A stretch of DNA of 64,000 nt from an uncultured Chroococcidiopsis sp. (GTDB lineage: Bacteria; Cyanobacteriota; Cyanobacteriia; Cyanobacteriales; Chroococcidiopsidaceae), in contig CAXTYC010000016.1 in assembly GCA_964248365.1 (NCBI GenBank), positions 32,001 to 96,000 of the forward strand. Direction: 5' to 3'. The notes under the pieces are model-generated. The model was not told the origin of the DNA and did not search any database. It saw nothing but the letters and a program-made list of their open reading frames with translations. Position 1 is the stretch's first letter; every line of letters begins with the position of its first letter. Positions 9,247-19,900 of this stretch are shown here, piece by piece. A program made the translations under genes and the position numbers.

Positions 9247-10110
9247 TTATGTGAATGTTCTTAGAAAGTTGATTGCTTGAGTGTTCTGCTGAAAAATTGC
9301 GTGTATTACGTCACCATTGTTATAGCGAATGTCAATCTCGTACTTCAATGCAGGTGCAATACTGGTTTGAGTATCTATGTAATTTTGGACATATTCAATA
9401 GCTTGCTCAATTGTAGAGATTTGCTGACGTAGTCCATGTAAGACAGTAACAGTTACCCCCTGAACTTGCCGTGAAAATGAATGCTCCAAGGAATTGATAA
9501 AATTATCTATCTCATTTTTCTCAAGGCTGAGTAATTGATTTTTAATTTTTGTGATATTTTGTGTCAATAAGTTTTTCCATTGAGCAATCTTAAACTGAAA
9601 CTCTGCTTCTGGTGTACTTTCATTAAAAGATGCATTTATTTCAACAGATGCAAATGCTTTGACTATGCTGTCATACTTTAGATAAAGAATTTTAAAGCCT
9701 TTAGACTTTAATTGATCGAGGGAGCCTTGAGTAAACACACCTGCTAAAATAGCACCTAAAAATGGGTGCAGATGACTATAGGTGTCTGCCAAAGGGACAA
9801 GCGCTCCTTCAATTTCTTGAGCTTTGTTTCTAGAGTGCTTAGTGTAACGTCGCCATGCCGTTTCTATAAATGCAATCGGTAGTCCACGAGTATCTTCTGT
9901 GCCTACCCGTTCAAGTACATAGTCAAGATCGTGAGAGTTACCGTATCGATCTTTCCACGATACCTTCTTGCTAGTTCTCGCTTTTCGTTTTCTTTGATAG
10001 TCCAAGTAAAGGCTATGCTGATTAGCTACTTCCTGAAGTCTCTCACGAATAAATTCTTGAATTAAGTTGCCGATAATCTGCCCCCACTTATGTGAGAATG
10101 ACTCTGCCAT
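9247..10110 (-). CDS. Putative type II restriction endonuclease (PD-(D/E)XK-like)
   Basis: Lies directly downstream of a DNA methyltransferase. DLDYVLE...FIETAW has nuclease-like acidic spacing. Confidence 0.6.
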   Translation of the reverse strand: MAESFSHKWGQIIGNLIQEFIRERLQEVANQHSLYLDYQRKRKARTSKKVSWKDRYGNSHDLDYVLERVGTEDTRGLPIAFIETAWRRYTKHSRNKAQEIEGALVPLADTYSHLHPFLGAILAGVFTQGSLDQLKSKGFKILYLKYDSIVKAFASVEINASFNESTPEAEFQFKIAQWKNLLTQNITKIKNQLLSLEKNEIDNFINSLEHSFSRQVQGVTVTVLHGLRQQISTIEQAIEYVQNYIDTQTSIAPALKYEIDIRYNNGDVIHAIFQQNTQAINFLRTFT

Positions 10111-10147
10111 TGATTTTGTTTAAAAACTCATTTTGTTATAGCTAGAC

Positions 10148-11437
10148 TTATCCGCGAACCCACAAACAACCTTCACAAAGGGGAATTCTGTGTTTGCGAT
10201 TTTTCCACTTCACATTTCGGTCACGAATTTTCTCAAACTCAAATGCTTCAAACCCCGCGGATTGAGCCAGCTTACCAAGCCATTCAATTACAGGAACATG
10301 AACGCCGTAGGGCGCAGAATCACCGATAACGAAGCAAACAGTTGAAGGAGATTTACAGACTCGGCGAAGTGCCAGCCATACTTTAGCCATATCCGCAAAG
10401 TAGCAGCCAACCATCAGATGGTAATTCTTCTTACCACCATGCAGACGACGCTCTTGGGATAACTGATTACAAACTGCCAAAATCTCAGCTTGGATTGGTT
10501 GCAATTCGGGGGAAGCCAGAATTTCCTCCAAATTAACAGTCTTTTGTGTTACGTGCTGTGAGCATGAGCGAACTAGATGTTGGCGAACGGCACTCTGAAG
10601 ATCGCCCCATCCCTGAATTTCTCCCATGAAACACATCTCAAGACGTGTAGCATCGGCATAATCATAGTTGTTAGCGTATGGTGGTGATGTAATCACTAAG
10701 TTGGCAAAGTCATCAGGTACACCTTGACAAGTCCGAGCATCAGATTGAATGAGTGTAGCTTGAGACACTACTGTTTTTCCTGCGATTCTCATGTCTGTGG
10801 CAATGCTTTCTGCCATTAGCTGAAAAGCTGCCATAGGCTCTAAAGGGGATTGTTTCTTTTTATTAGGTAAAATGTACTGCCAAGGTGCAGTGCCAGCATG
10901 AGAAACATGGCGGAGAATAGCTACAAGCGTTAACCAAACTAACTCAGATGGTGGTGAATCATCAGCAATTTTTTCCCAAGCCTGTCGTAACCTATCTAAG
11001 CAGTTTAGTGAGGGATCAGTGAAACATTCACGAATCAAATTTGGATACTCATTTACACAGCCTTTCAAATTTTCGGCTAATCTTACGACATTTTGTGTCT
11101 GCTGAAGATAGGCATCGGGATCAGTTCGATATAACAGCTTGGCTCGTGCTACACGAGTAACGAAGGGATGAGCTTCAATTCCATAGCATTCAACCCCTAT
11201 TTGTTCAGATGCAAGCAAGGTTGTACCAGAGCCAGCAAATGGATCTAGAACAGCGATCTTTTCCTGTTCCTTAGCTTTAATAATCACAGTTTCTACCCAT
11301 TTTGCCGAAAATCCTGCACTAAACCTAAACCATCTATGTACTGGCAGTTTCATATTGTCCACAAAGGTTGAGGAAGTATCGAAACTTTCACAACTGAGAG
11401 GAAATGATACTGGTGATACAACTTTTTCACTAGGCAT
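10148..11437 (-). CDS. Amino-DNA methyltransferase (alpha-class motif order, probably N4-cytosine)
   Basis: Motif I DPFAGSGTT precedes motif IV TSPPY; the N-terminus has PVHRWFRF. Confidence 0.88.
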   Translation of the reverse strand: MPSEKVVSPVSFPLSCESFDTSSTFVDNMKLPVHRWFRFSAGFSAKWVETVIIKAKEQEKIAVLDPFAGSGTTLLASEQIGVECYGIEAHPFVTRVARAKLLYRTDPDAYLQQTQNVVRLAENLKGCVNEYPNLIRECFTDPSLNCLDRLRQAWEKIADDSPPSELVWLTLVAILRHVSHAGTAPWQYILPNKKKQSPLEPMAAFQLMAESIATDMRIAGKTVVSQATLIQSDARTCQGVPDDFANLVITSPPYANNYDYADATRLEMCFMGEIQGWGDLQSAVRQHLVRSCSQHVTQKTVNLEEILASPELQPIQAEILAVCNQLSQERRLHGGKKNYHLMVGCYFADMAKVWLALRRVCKSPSTVCFVIGDSAPYGVHVPVIEWLGKLAQSAGFEAFEFEKIRDRNVKWKNRKHRIPLCEGCLWVRG

Positions 11438-11674
11438 AAACTTTTTTAATTCATAAATATATGAATCTGGTTCCTGATCCTATAATATGAAAAAAATATG
11501 TATTTATTTTATAGGAATAGGAGCTTTATAAATATTAGTTTCAGTTTCATAAATAGCTTGAAAAGATTCAATTGCTTCTTTTAACTTGTTAATTGCATCT
11601 TCTTGATTACTACCTTGCCCTACCAGTCCTTCTAAGCACAACGCTACCCAATAGTTTGCACTTTGTCTGAGTTT
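11430..11674 (-). pseudogene. Decayed HicB-family antitoxin remnant
   Basis: The minus strand reads LRQSANYWVALCLEGLVGQGSNQEDAINKLKEAIESF...PIPIK* with no start codon (in-frame TAA upstream). A degenerate tail ends in GTTTATGCCTAG. Confidence 0.65.
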
Positions 11675-11766
11675 CCCTGGGGTTTAAACCCCAGGCTGTG
11701 TAAAATTCTATTGCTGTTCTAAGCTGATGTTGTGATGTAAGGTGGGCATGGGTGGCATACGATTAT

Positions 11767-14376
11767 CTAGCGTAGTGTACCTGCGGGAATGCCCAAAATA
11801 TCCTCAATTTTTGGCATTTCTTCTAGGGGAATTACGCGCCCTTCATCCTCAAAACCAGTGATTTGATCGAAGTTGAGATAACGATACAAATTGTCAGCGA
11901 AAGGATGAATTTTGTATGCCACAATGTCCATATATTCCTGTACTGTGGGAATGCGACCTAATAAGGCACACACTGCGGCTAATTCGGCTGAACCGAGATA
12001 GACTCGCGCATCTTTGCCCATGCGGTTGTTGAAGTTGCGGGTAGAAGTGGAAAACACTGTCGTACCGTCGGCAACTCGCGCTTGATTACCCATACACAGA
12101 CTGCAACCAGGCATTTCTGTCCTAGCACCAGCAGCACCAAATACGCTGTAAACTCCCTCTTCCTTGAGTTGCTGTTCATCCATGCGGGTGGGAGGACAAA
12201 TCCACAAACGAGTTTTAACAGCTTGTTCGCCATCCAATACTTTGGCGGTGGCGCGATAGTGTCCGATATTTGTCATGCACGAACCGACGAATACTTCCTG
12301 TACCGCATCGTTTTGAACTTCTGAAAGTAACTTGATGTTATCTGGATCGTTCGGTGCAGCGACGATTGGTTCTTTGATTTCGTTCAAGTCAATCTCGATA
12401 ATTTCAGCATACTCCGCATCTGGATCTGCTTCTATCAGTGAGGGATTTGCTAGCCACTGTTCCATTTTGGCGACGCGGCGCATGATCGTTCTAGCATCTT
12501 GATAGCCTCGCGCTACCATGTTTTTCATCAGTGCCACGTTGGAACGGAGATACTCTGATACTGTCTCGATACTCAGTTTAATCGTGCAACCAGCGCAAGA
12601 TCTTTCAGCTGTGGCATCTGTCAATTCAAAAGCTTGCTCTACTTTTAAATCTGGCAAGCCTTCAATTTCCATAATCCTACCAGAGAAGACGTTTTTCTTG
12701 TTCTGCTTTGTCACCGTCAGCAGTCCTTTTTGAATTGCTACATAAGGAATTGCATTCACAATATCCCGTAGGGTAATACCTGGTTGTAACTCTCCTTTGA
12801 ACCGAACTAAGACAGATTCAGGCATATTTAAAGGCATTGCACCCAAAGCAGCTGCAAACGCGACTAAACCTGAACCAGCAGGAAAGGAAATACCCAAGGG
12901 AAAACGGGTGTGAGAATCTCCACCTGTACCAACAGTATCAGGTAATAGCATCCGATTTAACCAAGAGTGGATAATACCATCACCAGGACGCAAGGCGACA
13001 CCGCCACGTTCGGCGATGAAATCCGGTAGTTCGTGGTGAGTTTTGATATCTACTGGCTTGGGATAAGCGGCGGTGTGGCAGAAACTTTGCATTACTAAGT
13101 CAGCACTGAAACCAAGACAAGCAAGTTCTTTTAACTCATCCCGTGTCATGGGACCTGTGGTATCCTGGGAACCAACAGTAGTCATAATCGGTTCGCAGGA
13201 TGTACCAGGGCGGACACCAGGTAATCCGCAAGCTTTGCCTACCATTTTTTGCGCTAGAGTAAAGCCTTTGCCTGTGTCTGCTGGCATTTTGGGACGGGTA
13301 AAGATGGTGCTGGGTTCTAATCCCAGTGCAGCACGGGTTTTGTCCGTGAGGGTGCGTCCGATTAGCAAGGGGATGCGTCCTCCGGCGCGGACTTCATCGG
13401 CAATGGTATCTGGGTGAAGGGTGAAGGTGGAAATGATTTCCCCAGTTTCGTTGGTAATTTCACCTTTGTAGGGATGGATGGTGATTACCATACCTGTTTC
13501 CATTTTGGTGACATCGCACACAATGGGTAAAGCGCCTGCGTCTTCGGCTGTGTTGAAGAAGATGGGAGCGATCGCACTACCTAATATATACCCTCCCGCC
13601 CGTTTATTCGGTACATAGGGAATATCTTGTCCGATGTGCCACAGTACCGAGTTAATCGCTGATTTTCGAGATGAACCAGTTCCTACCACATCCCCCACAT
13701 ATGCCACAGGATGCCCTTTTTGCTTCAACTCGGCAATGGTTTTCAATGCCCCAGGCATTTTAGATTCCAACATTACCAATGCGTGTAAGGGAATGTCAGG
13801 GCGAGTTGTTGCATGGGGTGCGGGAGATAGATCGTCTGTGTTTGTCTCTCCTGGCACTTTAAATACTGTGACTGTAATTTCGGATGGTAGTGATGGACGA
13901 CTGGTGAACCAATCGGCATCCGCCCAAGACTGCATTACTTGTTGGGCGTAAGAGTTGGTTTTTGCCAATTCGGCTACGTCGTGAAAGGCATCATACACTA
14001 GTAAAGTCTTACTTAAGGCGGATGCGGCGGCAAGTGCTAGCTGGCGATCATCAACAGACAACAAATCTATGAGCGATCGCACGTTATACCCACCGCTCAT
14101 TGTTCCCAGCAACTCTACAGCGTAGAGGGGAGAAACGAGCGGGCTGGTAATTTCGCCTTTGGCTACACCTGTGAGAAAACCTGCTTTAATATAAGCAGCA
14201 GGATCGACACCAGGAGGAATGCGATCGCGCAACAGATGCAGCAATGTTTCTTCTTCCCCAGCGGGTGGATGTTTCAGTAGTTCACATAATTCGGATGTTT
14301 GCTGTGCATTCAACGGTAGTGGCGGAATTCCTAGCGCACCCCGATCTGTGACGTGTTGACGATATTGTTCGAGCAT
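11767..14376 (-). CDS. acnB: Aconitate hydratase B
   Basis: Motifs [33 protein letters not shown] and CSLCMGNQ. Confidence 0.98.
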   Translation of the reverse strand: MLEQYRQHVTDRGALGIPPLPLNAQQTSELCELLKHPPAGEEETLLHLLRDRIPPGVDPAAYIKAGFLTGVAKGEITSPLVSPLYAVELLGTMSGGYNVRSLIDLLSVDDRQLALAAASALSKTLLVYDAFHDVAELAKTNSYAQQVMQSWADADWFTSRPSLPSEITVTVFKVPGETNTDDLSPAPHATTRPDIPLHALVMLESKMPGALKTIAELKQKGHPVAYVGDVVGTGSSRKSAINSVLWHIGQDIPYVPNKRAGGYILGSAIAPIFFNTAEDAGALPIVCDVTKMETGMVITIHPYKGEITNETGEIISTFTLHPDTIADEVRAGGRIPLLIGRTLTDKTRAALGLEPSTIFTRPKMPADTGKGFTLAQKMVGKACGLPGVRPGTSCEPIMTTVGSQDTTGPMTRDELKELACLGFSADLVMQSFCHTAAYPKPVDIKTHHELPDFIAERGGVALRPGDGIIHSWLNRMLLPDTVGTGGDSHTRFPLGISFPAGSGLVAFAAALGAMPLNMPESVLVRFKGELQPGITLRDIVNAIPYVAIQKGLLTVTKQNKKNVFSGRIMEIEGLPDLKVEQAFELTDATAERSCAGCTIKLSIETVSEYLRSNVALMKNMVARGYQDARTIMRRVAKMEQWLANPSLIEADPDAEYAEIIEIDLNEIKEPIVAAPNDPDNIKLLSEVQNDAVQEVFVGSCMTNIGHYRATAKVLDGEQAVKTRLWICPPTRMDEQQLKEEGVYSVFGAAGARTEMPGCSLCMGNQARVADGTTVFSTSTRNFNNRMGKDARVYLGSAELAAVCALLGRIPTVQEYMDIVAYKIHPFADNLYRYLNFDQITGFEDEGRVIPLEEMPKIEDILGIPAGTLR

Positions 14377-14694
14377 TTTAGACTTCTCCTAAGTTATTTA
14401 TTCAGCTATGAATGTTTTCTATTGTCATTCTTACGCTGCCTAATTCATCTTTACAGTTGGCAGTGATACTACCTTGAAGTTGCCTGCTAGGAAACCAAAG
14501 CAATGGGGATACAATAACTTGTTAGCAATTTACAATGGCAGATTCAATTTTGGATTTTTGGGATTGGTAAATGGTAGACGTAGAAGGGCTACGTCTGTAC
14601 AGGTAGTTGGTATTTCCCCTACTCCAAAACGAACTACTCCCTTCCCCATGACTCGATCTAAAATCTAAAATCGCCAAAGCCACTTTTAATATAT

Positions 14695-15018
14695 ATGTCT
14701 CAAACGTACACTGTTCAATTTCATCATCAAGGCGAAGTTCATACTATCCAAGTACCAGAAGATAAAACCATTTTGCGGGCTGCTTGTGCTGCTGGGCTAG
14801 ATTTGCCAAGTTCTTGCAATGCTGGTGTTTGTACTACTTGTGCTGCTCAGATTTTAGAAGGAAGTGTAGACCAAACTGATGGGATGGGCGTTAGTCCCGA
14901 ACTTCAGCAACAAGGTTATGTACTGCTTTGCGTTGCTTATCCACGCTCTAATTTGAAAATTGACACGGAAAAGGAAGAAGAAGTTTATCATCTGCAATTT
15001 GGGCAGTTCCAAAAGTAA
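14695..15018 (+). CDS. 2Fe-2S plant-type ferredoxin with C-terminal extension (Fed2/FdC2-like)
   Basis: CNAGVCTTC...LLC cluster motif and an EEEVYHLQFG tail. Confidence 0.9.
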   Translation: MSQTYTVQFHHQGEVHTIQVPEDKTILRAACAAGLDLPSSCNAGVCTTCAAQILEGSVDQTDGMGVSPELQQQGYVLLCVAYPRSNLKIDTEKEEEVYHLQFGQFQK

Positions 15019-15061
15019 AGCAGGGGGAGCGGGGGTAGCAGGGGGAGCTGGGGGAGAAAGG

Positions 15062-15238
15062 ATGAACACCAAATTTATTACGATAGAAATTGACCTTCAG
15101 GAAACACCCGCTCAGTTGCTCTGGCAAATTGAAGCTCAATTGCGCTTAAGCGGAGAACCACTACGCTGGGCAATTACAAACGTAGATCCAAAAAGGCACA
15201 AAGCCATTGTAGAAGCTACTGTTACTTTAGAATCTTGA
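15062..15238 (+). CDS. Small conserved hypothetical protein
   Basis: MNTKFITIEIDL...GEPLRWAIT...VEATV, located between the ferredoxin and the DUF3326 gene. Confidence 0.7.
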   Translation: MNTKFITIEIDLQETPAQLLWQIEAQLRLSGEPLRWAITNVDPKRHKAIVEATVTLES

Positions 15239-15253
15239 CAGATCAGCTTAAAT

Positions 15254-16324
15254 GTGAACCAACGTCCTTACACTGTTATCTTAATTATACCAACTGGCGT
15301 TGGGGCAGCGATTGGGGGTTATGCTGGAGATGCCTTGCCAGTCGCCAGAGCGATCGCCTCTGTTGCCGATCGCCTGATTACCCATCCCAACGTTCTCAAC
15401 GGCGCTCAATTATACTGGTCTTTACCCAATGCTTTCTATGTCGAAGGTTACGGGCTTGACAAATTTGCAGCATCGTGCTGGGGGTTGCGGCCAGTACACA
15501 AAAATCGGGTGGGTTTGATTCTCGACCAGAAAATTGAATCAGATTTGCGCCTCAGACAACTACAAGCAGCTGATGCAGCCAGAGCCACATTAGGATTAGA
15601 TATAACTGATTATGTGGTGACAGATGCCTCCTTAGAAGTCGAGTTACGTAGCTCTGCTTCTGGTGCTAGCTGGGGGACAATTGGTAATCCAGATAGTTTG
15701 TTAAGGGCGGCTGAAGTATTGATAAAAAAAGCTGGGGCAGAAGCGATCGCAGTTGTCGCCCGTTTTCCCGATGATATAGATAGCCAAGCACTACAAAGCT
15801 ATCGATGGGGTCAAGGAGTTGATCCCCTAGCTGGTGCAGAAGCCATCATTAGCCATTTGGTAGTAAGAACATTTCAAATTCCCTGCGCCCACTCCCCAGC
15901 CTTATCACCCCTACCTCTTGATCCTCATATATCCCCCCGTTCAGCTGCTGAGGAATTAGGTTATACTTTCTTACCCAGCGTTTTGGTTGGCTTGAGTCGC
16001 GCCCCCCAATTTGTTGTAGAGACGCGATATACCGCATCTGATATTTGGGCAAATCAAGTTGATGCCCTGGTTGTACCAGCCACAGCTTGTGGTAGCAGCG
16101 CCCTCCTGAGTTTAAGTCAGTCGGGCGTACAAATTATTACAGTGCGAGAAAATCATACCCAGATGCAAGTTCCGACCGAACCGTTAGGAATCAAAGCACA
16201 TCAGGTACACTCTTATTTAGAGGCTATAGGTGTGTTGGTTGCCCATAAAGCGGGTATCAACCCCTCTGCCCTTAGCCCCACTATCACACCCCTACATTGT
16301 CTATCTGTAACACACAATATTTAA
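15254..16324 (+). CDS. DUF3326 family protein
   Basis: Motifs IPTGVGAAIGGYAGDA, ITHPNVLNGA, GVDPLAGAEA and AAEELGYTFL. Confidence 0.88.
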   Translation: MNQRPYTVILIIPTGVGAAIGGYAGDALPVARAIASVADRLITHPNVLNGAQLYWSLPNAFYVEGYGLDKFAASCWGLRPVHKNRVGLILDQKIESDLRLRQLQAADAARATLGLDITDYVVTDASLEVELRSSASGASWGTIGNPDSLLRAAEVLIKKAGAEAIAVVARFPDDIDSQALQSYRWGQGVDPLAGAEAIISHLVVRTFQIPCAHSPALSPLPLDPHISPRSAAEELGYTFLPSVLVGLSRAPQFVVETRYTASDIWANQVDALVVPATACGSSALLSLSQSGVQIITVRENHTQMQVPTEPLGIKAHQVHSYLEAIGVLVAHKAGINPSALSPTITPLHCLSVTHNI

Positions 16325-16417
16325 GGTGTTGCATGAAGTCTGTATGATAGTGTCACGCAAAGACGCAAAGGCGCAAAGAGACGAATTTTCATCAGCTCCC
16401 CCAGCTCTAAAATTACC

Positions 16418-17011
16418 GTGACCCAACAGCATCAACCAGACCCGAAACTTCAACCGCTGACACGTACCCAACTTCTGATAGTAATGGGTGTTACGGCTGT
16501 CTTATTGTGGCTAGTAGCTCTTGTGTGGTTACATTTTGGTTCGGTATCTCTTTTACCCTTAAAGTGGACTGCTACAGTCTTACCTGTGGGCATTGGTCTG
16601 GGGCTAGCTATCACTGCTGCTAGTTCTTTAGTTTATCGCTATTGGTCTGCATATCGTCGCAGTGCAGATTTTTATCTAGAGTTTGTACTCAAACCCTTAG
16701 TTTTACTAGACATAATCTGGGTGGGACTGCTACCTGGACTCAGCGAAGAATTGTTATTTCGAGGTGTAATGCTACCAGCCTTGGGCTTGAATATTACTGG
16801 AGTCCTAATATCAAGTCTTTGTTTTGGCGTGTTGCATCTAAGTGGTTCTGATCAATGGGCTTATGTTGTTTGGGCAACTGTTGTCGGGTTGCTGTTAGGG
16901 TACAGTGCTGTAGTAACTAGCAATTTGTTAGTGCCAATCATCGCTCATGTGTTTACAAATTTGCTTTCTAGCTGTTATTGGAAGTTGGCGGATTCTTCAA
17001 GGAGAGGCTAG
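16418..17011 (+). CDS. CPBP/CAAX (Abi) family intramembrane metalloprotease
   Basis: Motifs EELLFRG, FGVLH and H...N. Confidence 0.9.
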   Translation: MTQQHQPDPKLQPLTRTQLLIVMGVTAVLLWLVALVWLHFGSVSLLPLKWTATVLPVGIGLGLAITAASSLVYRYWSAYRRSADFYLEFVLKPLVLLDIIWVGLLPGLSEELLFRGVMLPALGLNITGVLISSLCFGVLHLSGSDQWAYVVWATVVGLLLGYSAVVTSNLLVPIIAHVFTNLLSSCYWKLADSSRRG

Positions 17012-17124
17012 GGGCTAGGGGTTAGGGGCTAGGGGCTAGAGGCTAGGAACTAGAGGAACCAGAGGGACTCCAGGGGGGGAAATACTACTGACTACTGACT
17101 TCTATCTCCTGACTCCTGACTACT

Positions 17125-18096
17125 TTAATCTGAAATTGTGATGTTTTCTAATCCCTGTTCTGCTGGTGGATATTGGGGATTCATGGCTTCTAGGGTGTCT
17201 GCGATCGCTCGTGCAATCACTAAATTTTTATACCACTTCTTATTTGCAGGTACAACATACCAAGGAGCGATCGCTGTGGAACAATTATTAATTGCATCTT
17301 CATAAGCTTGTTGGTAATCATCCCATAGCTTGCGCTCGTTGACATCGTTAATCGAGAACTTCCAAAGCTTATTTGGATCTTGCAAGCGACTTTCTAGCCG
17401 AGATTTTTGTTCGTCTTTGGAAATGTGCAGAAAAAACTTGATTACTGTGATGTTATTGAGGGTGAGCATCTGCTCAAATTCATTTATGGTGTGATAGCGT
17501 CTGCGCCATACTTCCTCTGGAACCATTTGCTTGACGCGGACAATTAGCACGTCTTCGTAGTGCGATCGGTTAAAGATCGTAATCATTCCCCGTTGGGGTG
17601 TACGCTGATGGTAACGCCACAAAAAATCGTGATTGGCTTCCTCATCGCTGGGTTTTTTGAATGACCAAACTTGACAGCCTTGGGGGTTAATACCTTGAAA
17701 GACGTGTTTGATTGTGCCATCTTTGCCGCCAGTATCCATTGCTTGCAGCACAATCAGCAAACTACGCTTATGCTCAGCATACAGGCGTTCTTGTAATTTA
17801 TTTAGGCGATCGCGCTGATACTCTAGTTCCTCTTCTACATCTTTCTTTTTTTTGTATTCTTCAGAGGTATTTGGATCAATTTCGGCTAATTTGATTGGTT
17901 CTCCTGGTACAACTCGATAGCGGGGATAATCTGGTTTCCCCCGTGGCGCATCTACTACCGTTGTCTCCGGTGACATGACATCTGCAATTTCTTGGGTCTT
18001 CTGATCTACGGCTTGCTGGGTTGTGCCGGATTCCGCAGAGGCGATATCCTCCGTTGCAAGATTTTTTTTATTTGGCGATCGCTTGGAGTGACTCAT
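17125..18096 (-). CDS. ppk2: Polyphosphate kinase 2 family protein
   Basis: Motifs QAMDTGGKDG, HDFLWR, FNRSHYEDV and PWYVVPANKKW. Confidence 0.92.
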   Translation of the reverse strand: MSHSKRSPNKKNLATEDIASAESGTTQQAVDQKTQEIADVMSPETTVVDAPRGKPDYPRYRVVPGEPIKLAEIDPNTSEEYKKKKDVEEELEYQRDRLNKLQERLYAEHKRSLLIVLQAMDTGGKDGTIKHVFQGINPQGCQVWSFKKPSDEEANHDFLWRYHQRTPQRGMITIFNRSHYEDVLIVRVKQMVPEEVWRRRYHTINEFEQMLTLNNITVIKFFLHISKDEQKSRLESRLQDPNKLWKFSINDVNERKLWDDYQQAYEDAINNCSTAIAPWYVVPANKKWYKNLVIARAIADTLEAMNPQYPPAEQGLENITISD

Positions 18097-18602
18097 AGGA
18101 ACAATGTTGTCACCGAAACTATTGTTGTAGATACTAATTCATAAGACGAGCAAGTGTTTCCCTCAAAAGGTAGACACAAGAATATTACAAAATCTTTACT
18201 AATCGATTGTAATTTCTTGTAGTAACTATAAGTCCGCCTGTTAGTTTTTTCAGTCACCCTGATTACATTTATTACTATTTTGTTGAATTTCTGGAAATGC
18301 CTCTCAAGAAGTTGAATAACTCAGTAGTGGATGATTGAGCAAATCGCTCCACATATATACCACTTTTTATTAGAGTATCAGGCTAGCCAATAGACGTATT
18401 GGATAAGGAGCCCCGCCCTCCTTTTTGCGTCCGAACGATCGCGGCTTTGCGCGGACACTTTGCCTCCTGTCGGGAAACCCGCCCACCTGGGTGTCCAAGT
18501 CTATTGCGAGAAACAAAAAAAAGACGAGTGCAAGAGTTCTAATAAATTAAGCAATGGTAGTCAATTCATTCTGTTTGTGAAGATAAATCAAAGGATATTT
18601 AT

Positions 18603-19130
18603 ATGCTTATTCATGACAATCTTTATCATTTTTGGTTCCGCTCCGTTGGCATTTGGGATTCCCTACTTGTCAAGGTTGCAGCAAGCTGGTTGTCTGAGCA
18701 AGAACTATTATCACTGAGCCAAATACACCATCTTTGTCAACCAGAATTTGGAGTAAAGGTAAGTTGGGAATATAAGAAAAAATCCGAAGAGGGAAATATG
18801 TCTTGGTGTGTTGATGCCAATCACCCCAACTTGATTTTTGCTAACAAAACCCTAAAGCATAATACCCCGCCTAGTATATTAAATTATCAACTGCCAGATG
18901 CTAGCAAACTAGTTATAACAGTTGATGAATTAGAAGAAACGTTTATGCTAGCAAGCAACACGCGAAGATTGAGAGAACTGAGGTATCAGGGCAAACTACT
19001 TAGAAGACTTTGGGAACAAAAGGTTAATGATGAAATTACTCAAAGCAGGTTAGTAACTCCAAGTGATTGTATTACAAAAAATGGTGAATTGATGAAATTT
19101 CCAGAACTGGGTACACGTCCTTTGTCTTAA
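18603..19130 (+). CDS. Divergent CpcS/CpeS-like phycobiliprotein lyase-fold protein
   Basis: FWFRSVGIWDS, GVKVSWE, YQL...KLVIT and EETFMLASNTRRLR resemble CpcS-family motifs (FF..S.G.W.S and EER.WF.S.N.RLR). Confidence 0.5.
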   Translation: MLIHDNLYHFWFRSVGIWDSLLVKVAASWLSEQELLSLSQIHHLCQPEFGVKVSWEYKKKSEEGNMSWCVDANHPNLIFANKTLKHNTPPSILNYQLPDASKLVITVDELEETFMLASNTRRLRELRYQGKLLRRLWEQKVNDEITQSRLVTPSDCITKNGELMKFPELGTRPLS

Positions 19131-19900
19131 TATCCGCTTAGCATTCCCCGCCGCTTTGCCTCGCGTTCAGCTAGACGGAAAAGTAGTAATCCCACAGTGA
19201 AGTATACTGCGCCATTTATGAAGGCTACAGCCAATTTTGCCAAATTTAAACTTTCCCCCCGTGCCATCAAATCGCGTAGTAATCCTGCACCAGGACACAT
19301 GGGCAGTAATTGTCCTAAAATTTGAGCATATCCTGTCCAAGTCTCGGTTGGAGTTGTTAGTAAAAACAAGGGGATAAACTGAAAGATGATTTGTAGTTGT
19401 TGAACGCGCTTTAATAATAAGGCTAAAGATCCAAGGGTAAAAGCAATACCGTAAGCTCCCATTAATACAGTGGCAAAAGGTAAAAGTAATGTCGGGGGAA
19501 AATTGAGACGACTTTGGGTAAGTGCCATAATAATAAATAAAATGGCAGTGATTTGAAAGATCTGCAAAAATAGTTCAGCCACTGTCCGCATTAAGAATAC
19601 TTTAATAGCACCAAAGCGCGACAGGAAAAGTTGTTCTAAAGTACCTGTTTGAGCTTCAGATTGTAAACCTCCGGCAATGCTAGCCATGATGAATATAACC
19701 AAAGACCAAAGTACATAACCAATTACAATCGAGTCAAGGCGATCCCCAAGTTGTAAACTAGGACCTGCAATGTAACGGGCGCTTAAAAAAAGTCCATAAA
19801 AAAGGATAGTACAAATTAAAATTCCACCCAAAGCCTCAAATTGATAACTGCGATATATAATCCAACTGCGGCGTAATTCAGCTAGAAATAATTCCCACAT
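19127..19900 (-). CDS. ABC-2 type exporter permease
   Basis: Six predicted TM segments and EAQTGTLEQL; overlaps the ATPase gene. Confidence 0.85.
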   Translation of the reverse strand: MWELFLAELRRSWIIYRSYQFEALGGILICTILFYGLFLSARYIAGPSLQLGDRLDSIVIGYVLWSLVIFIMASIAGGLQSEAQTGTLEQLFLSRFGAIKVFLMRTVAELFLQIFQITAILFIIMALTQSRLNFPPTLLLPFATVLMGAYGIAFTLGSLALLLKRVQQLQIIFQFIPLFLLTTPTETWTGYAQILGQLLPMCPGAGLLRDLMARGESLNLAKLAVAFINGAVYFTVGLLLFRLAEREAKRRGMLSGY

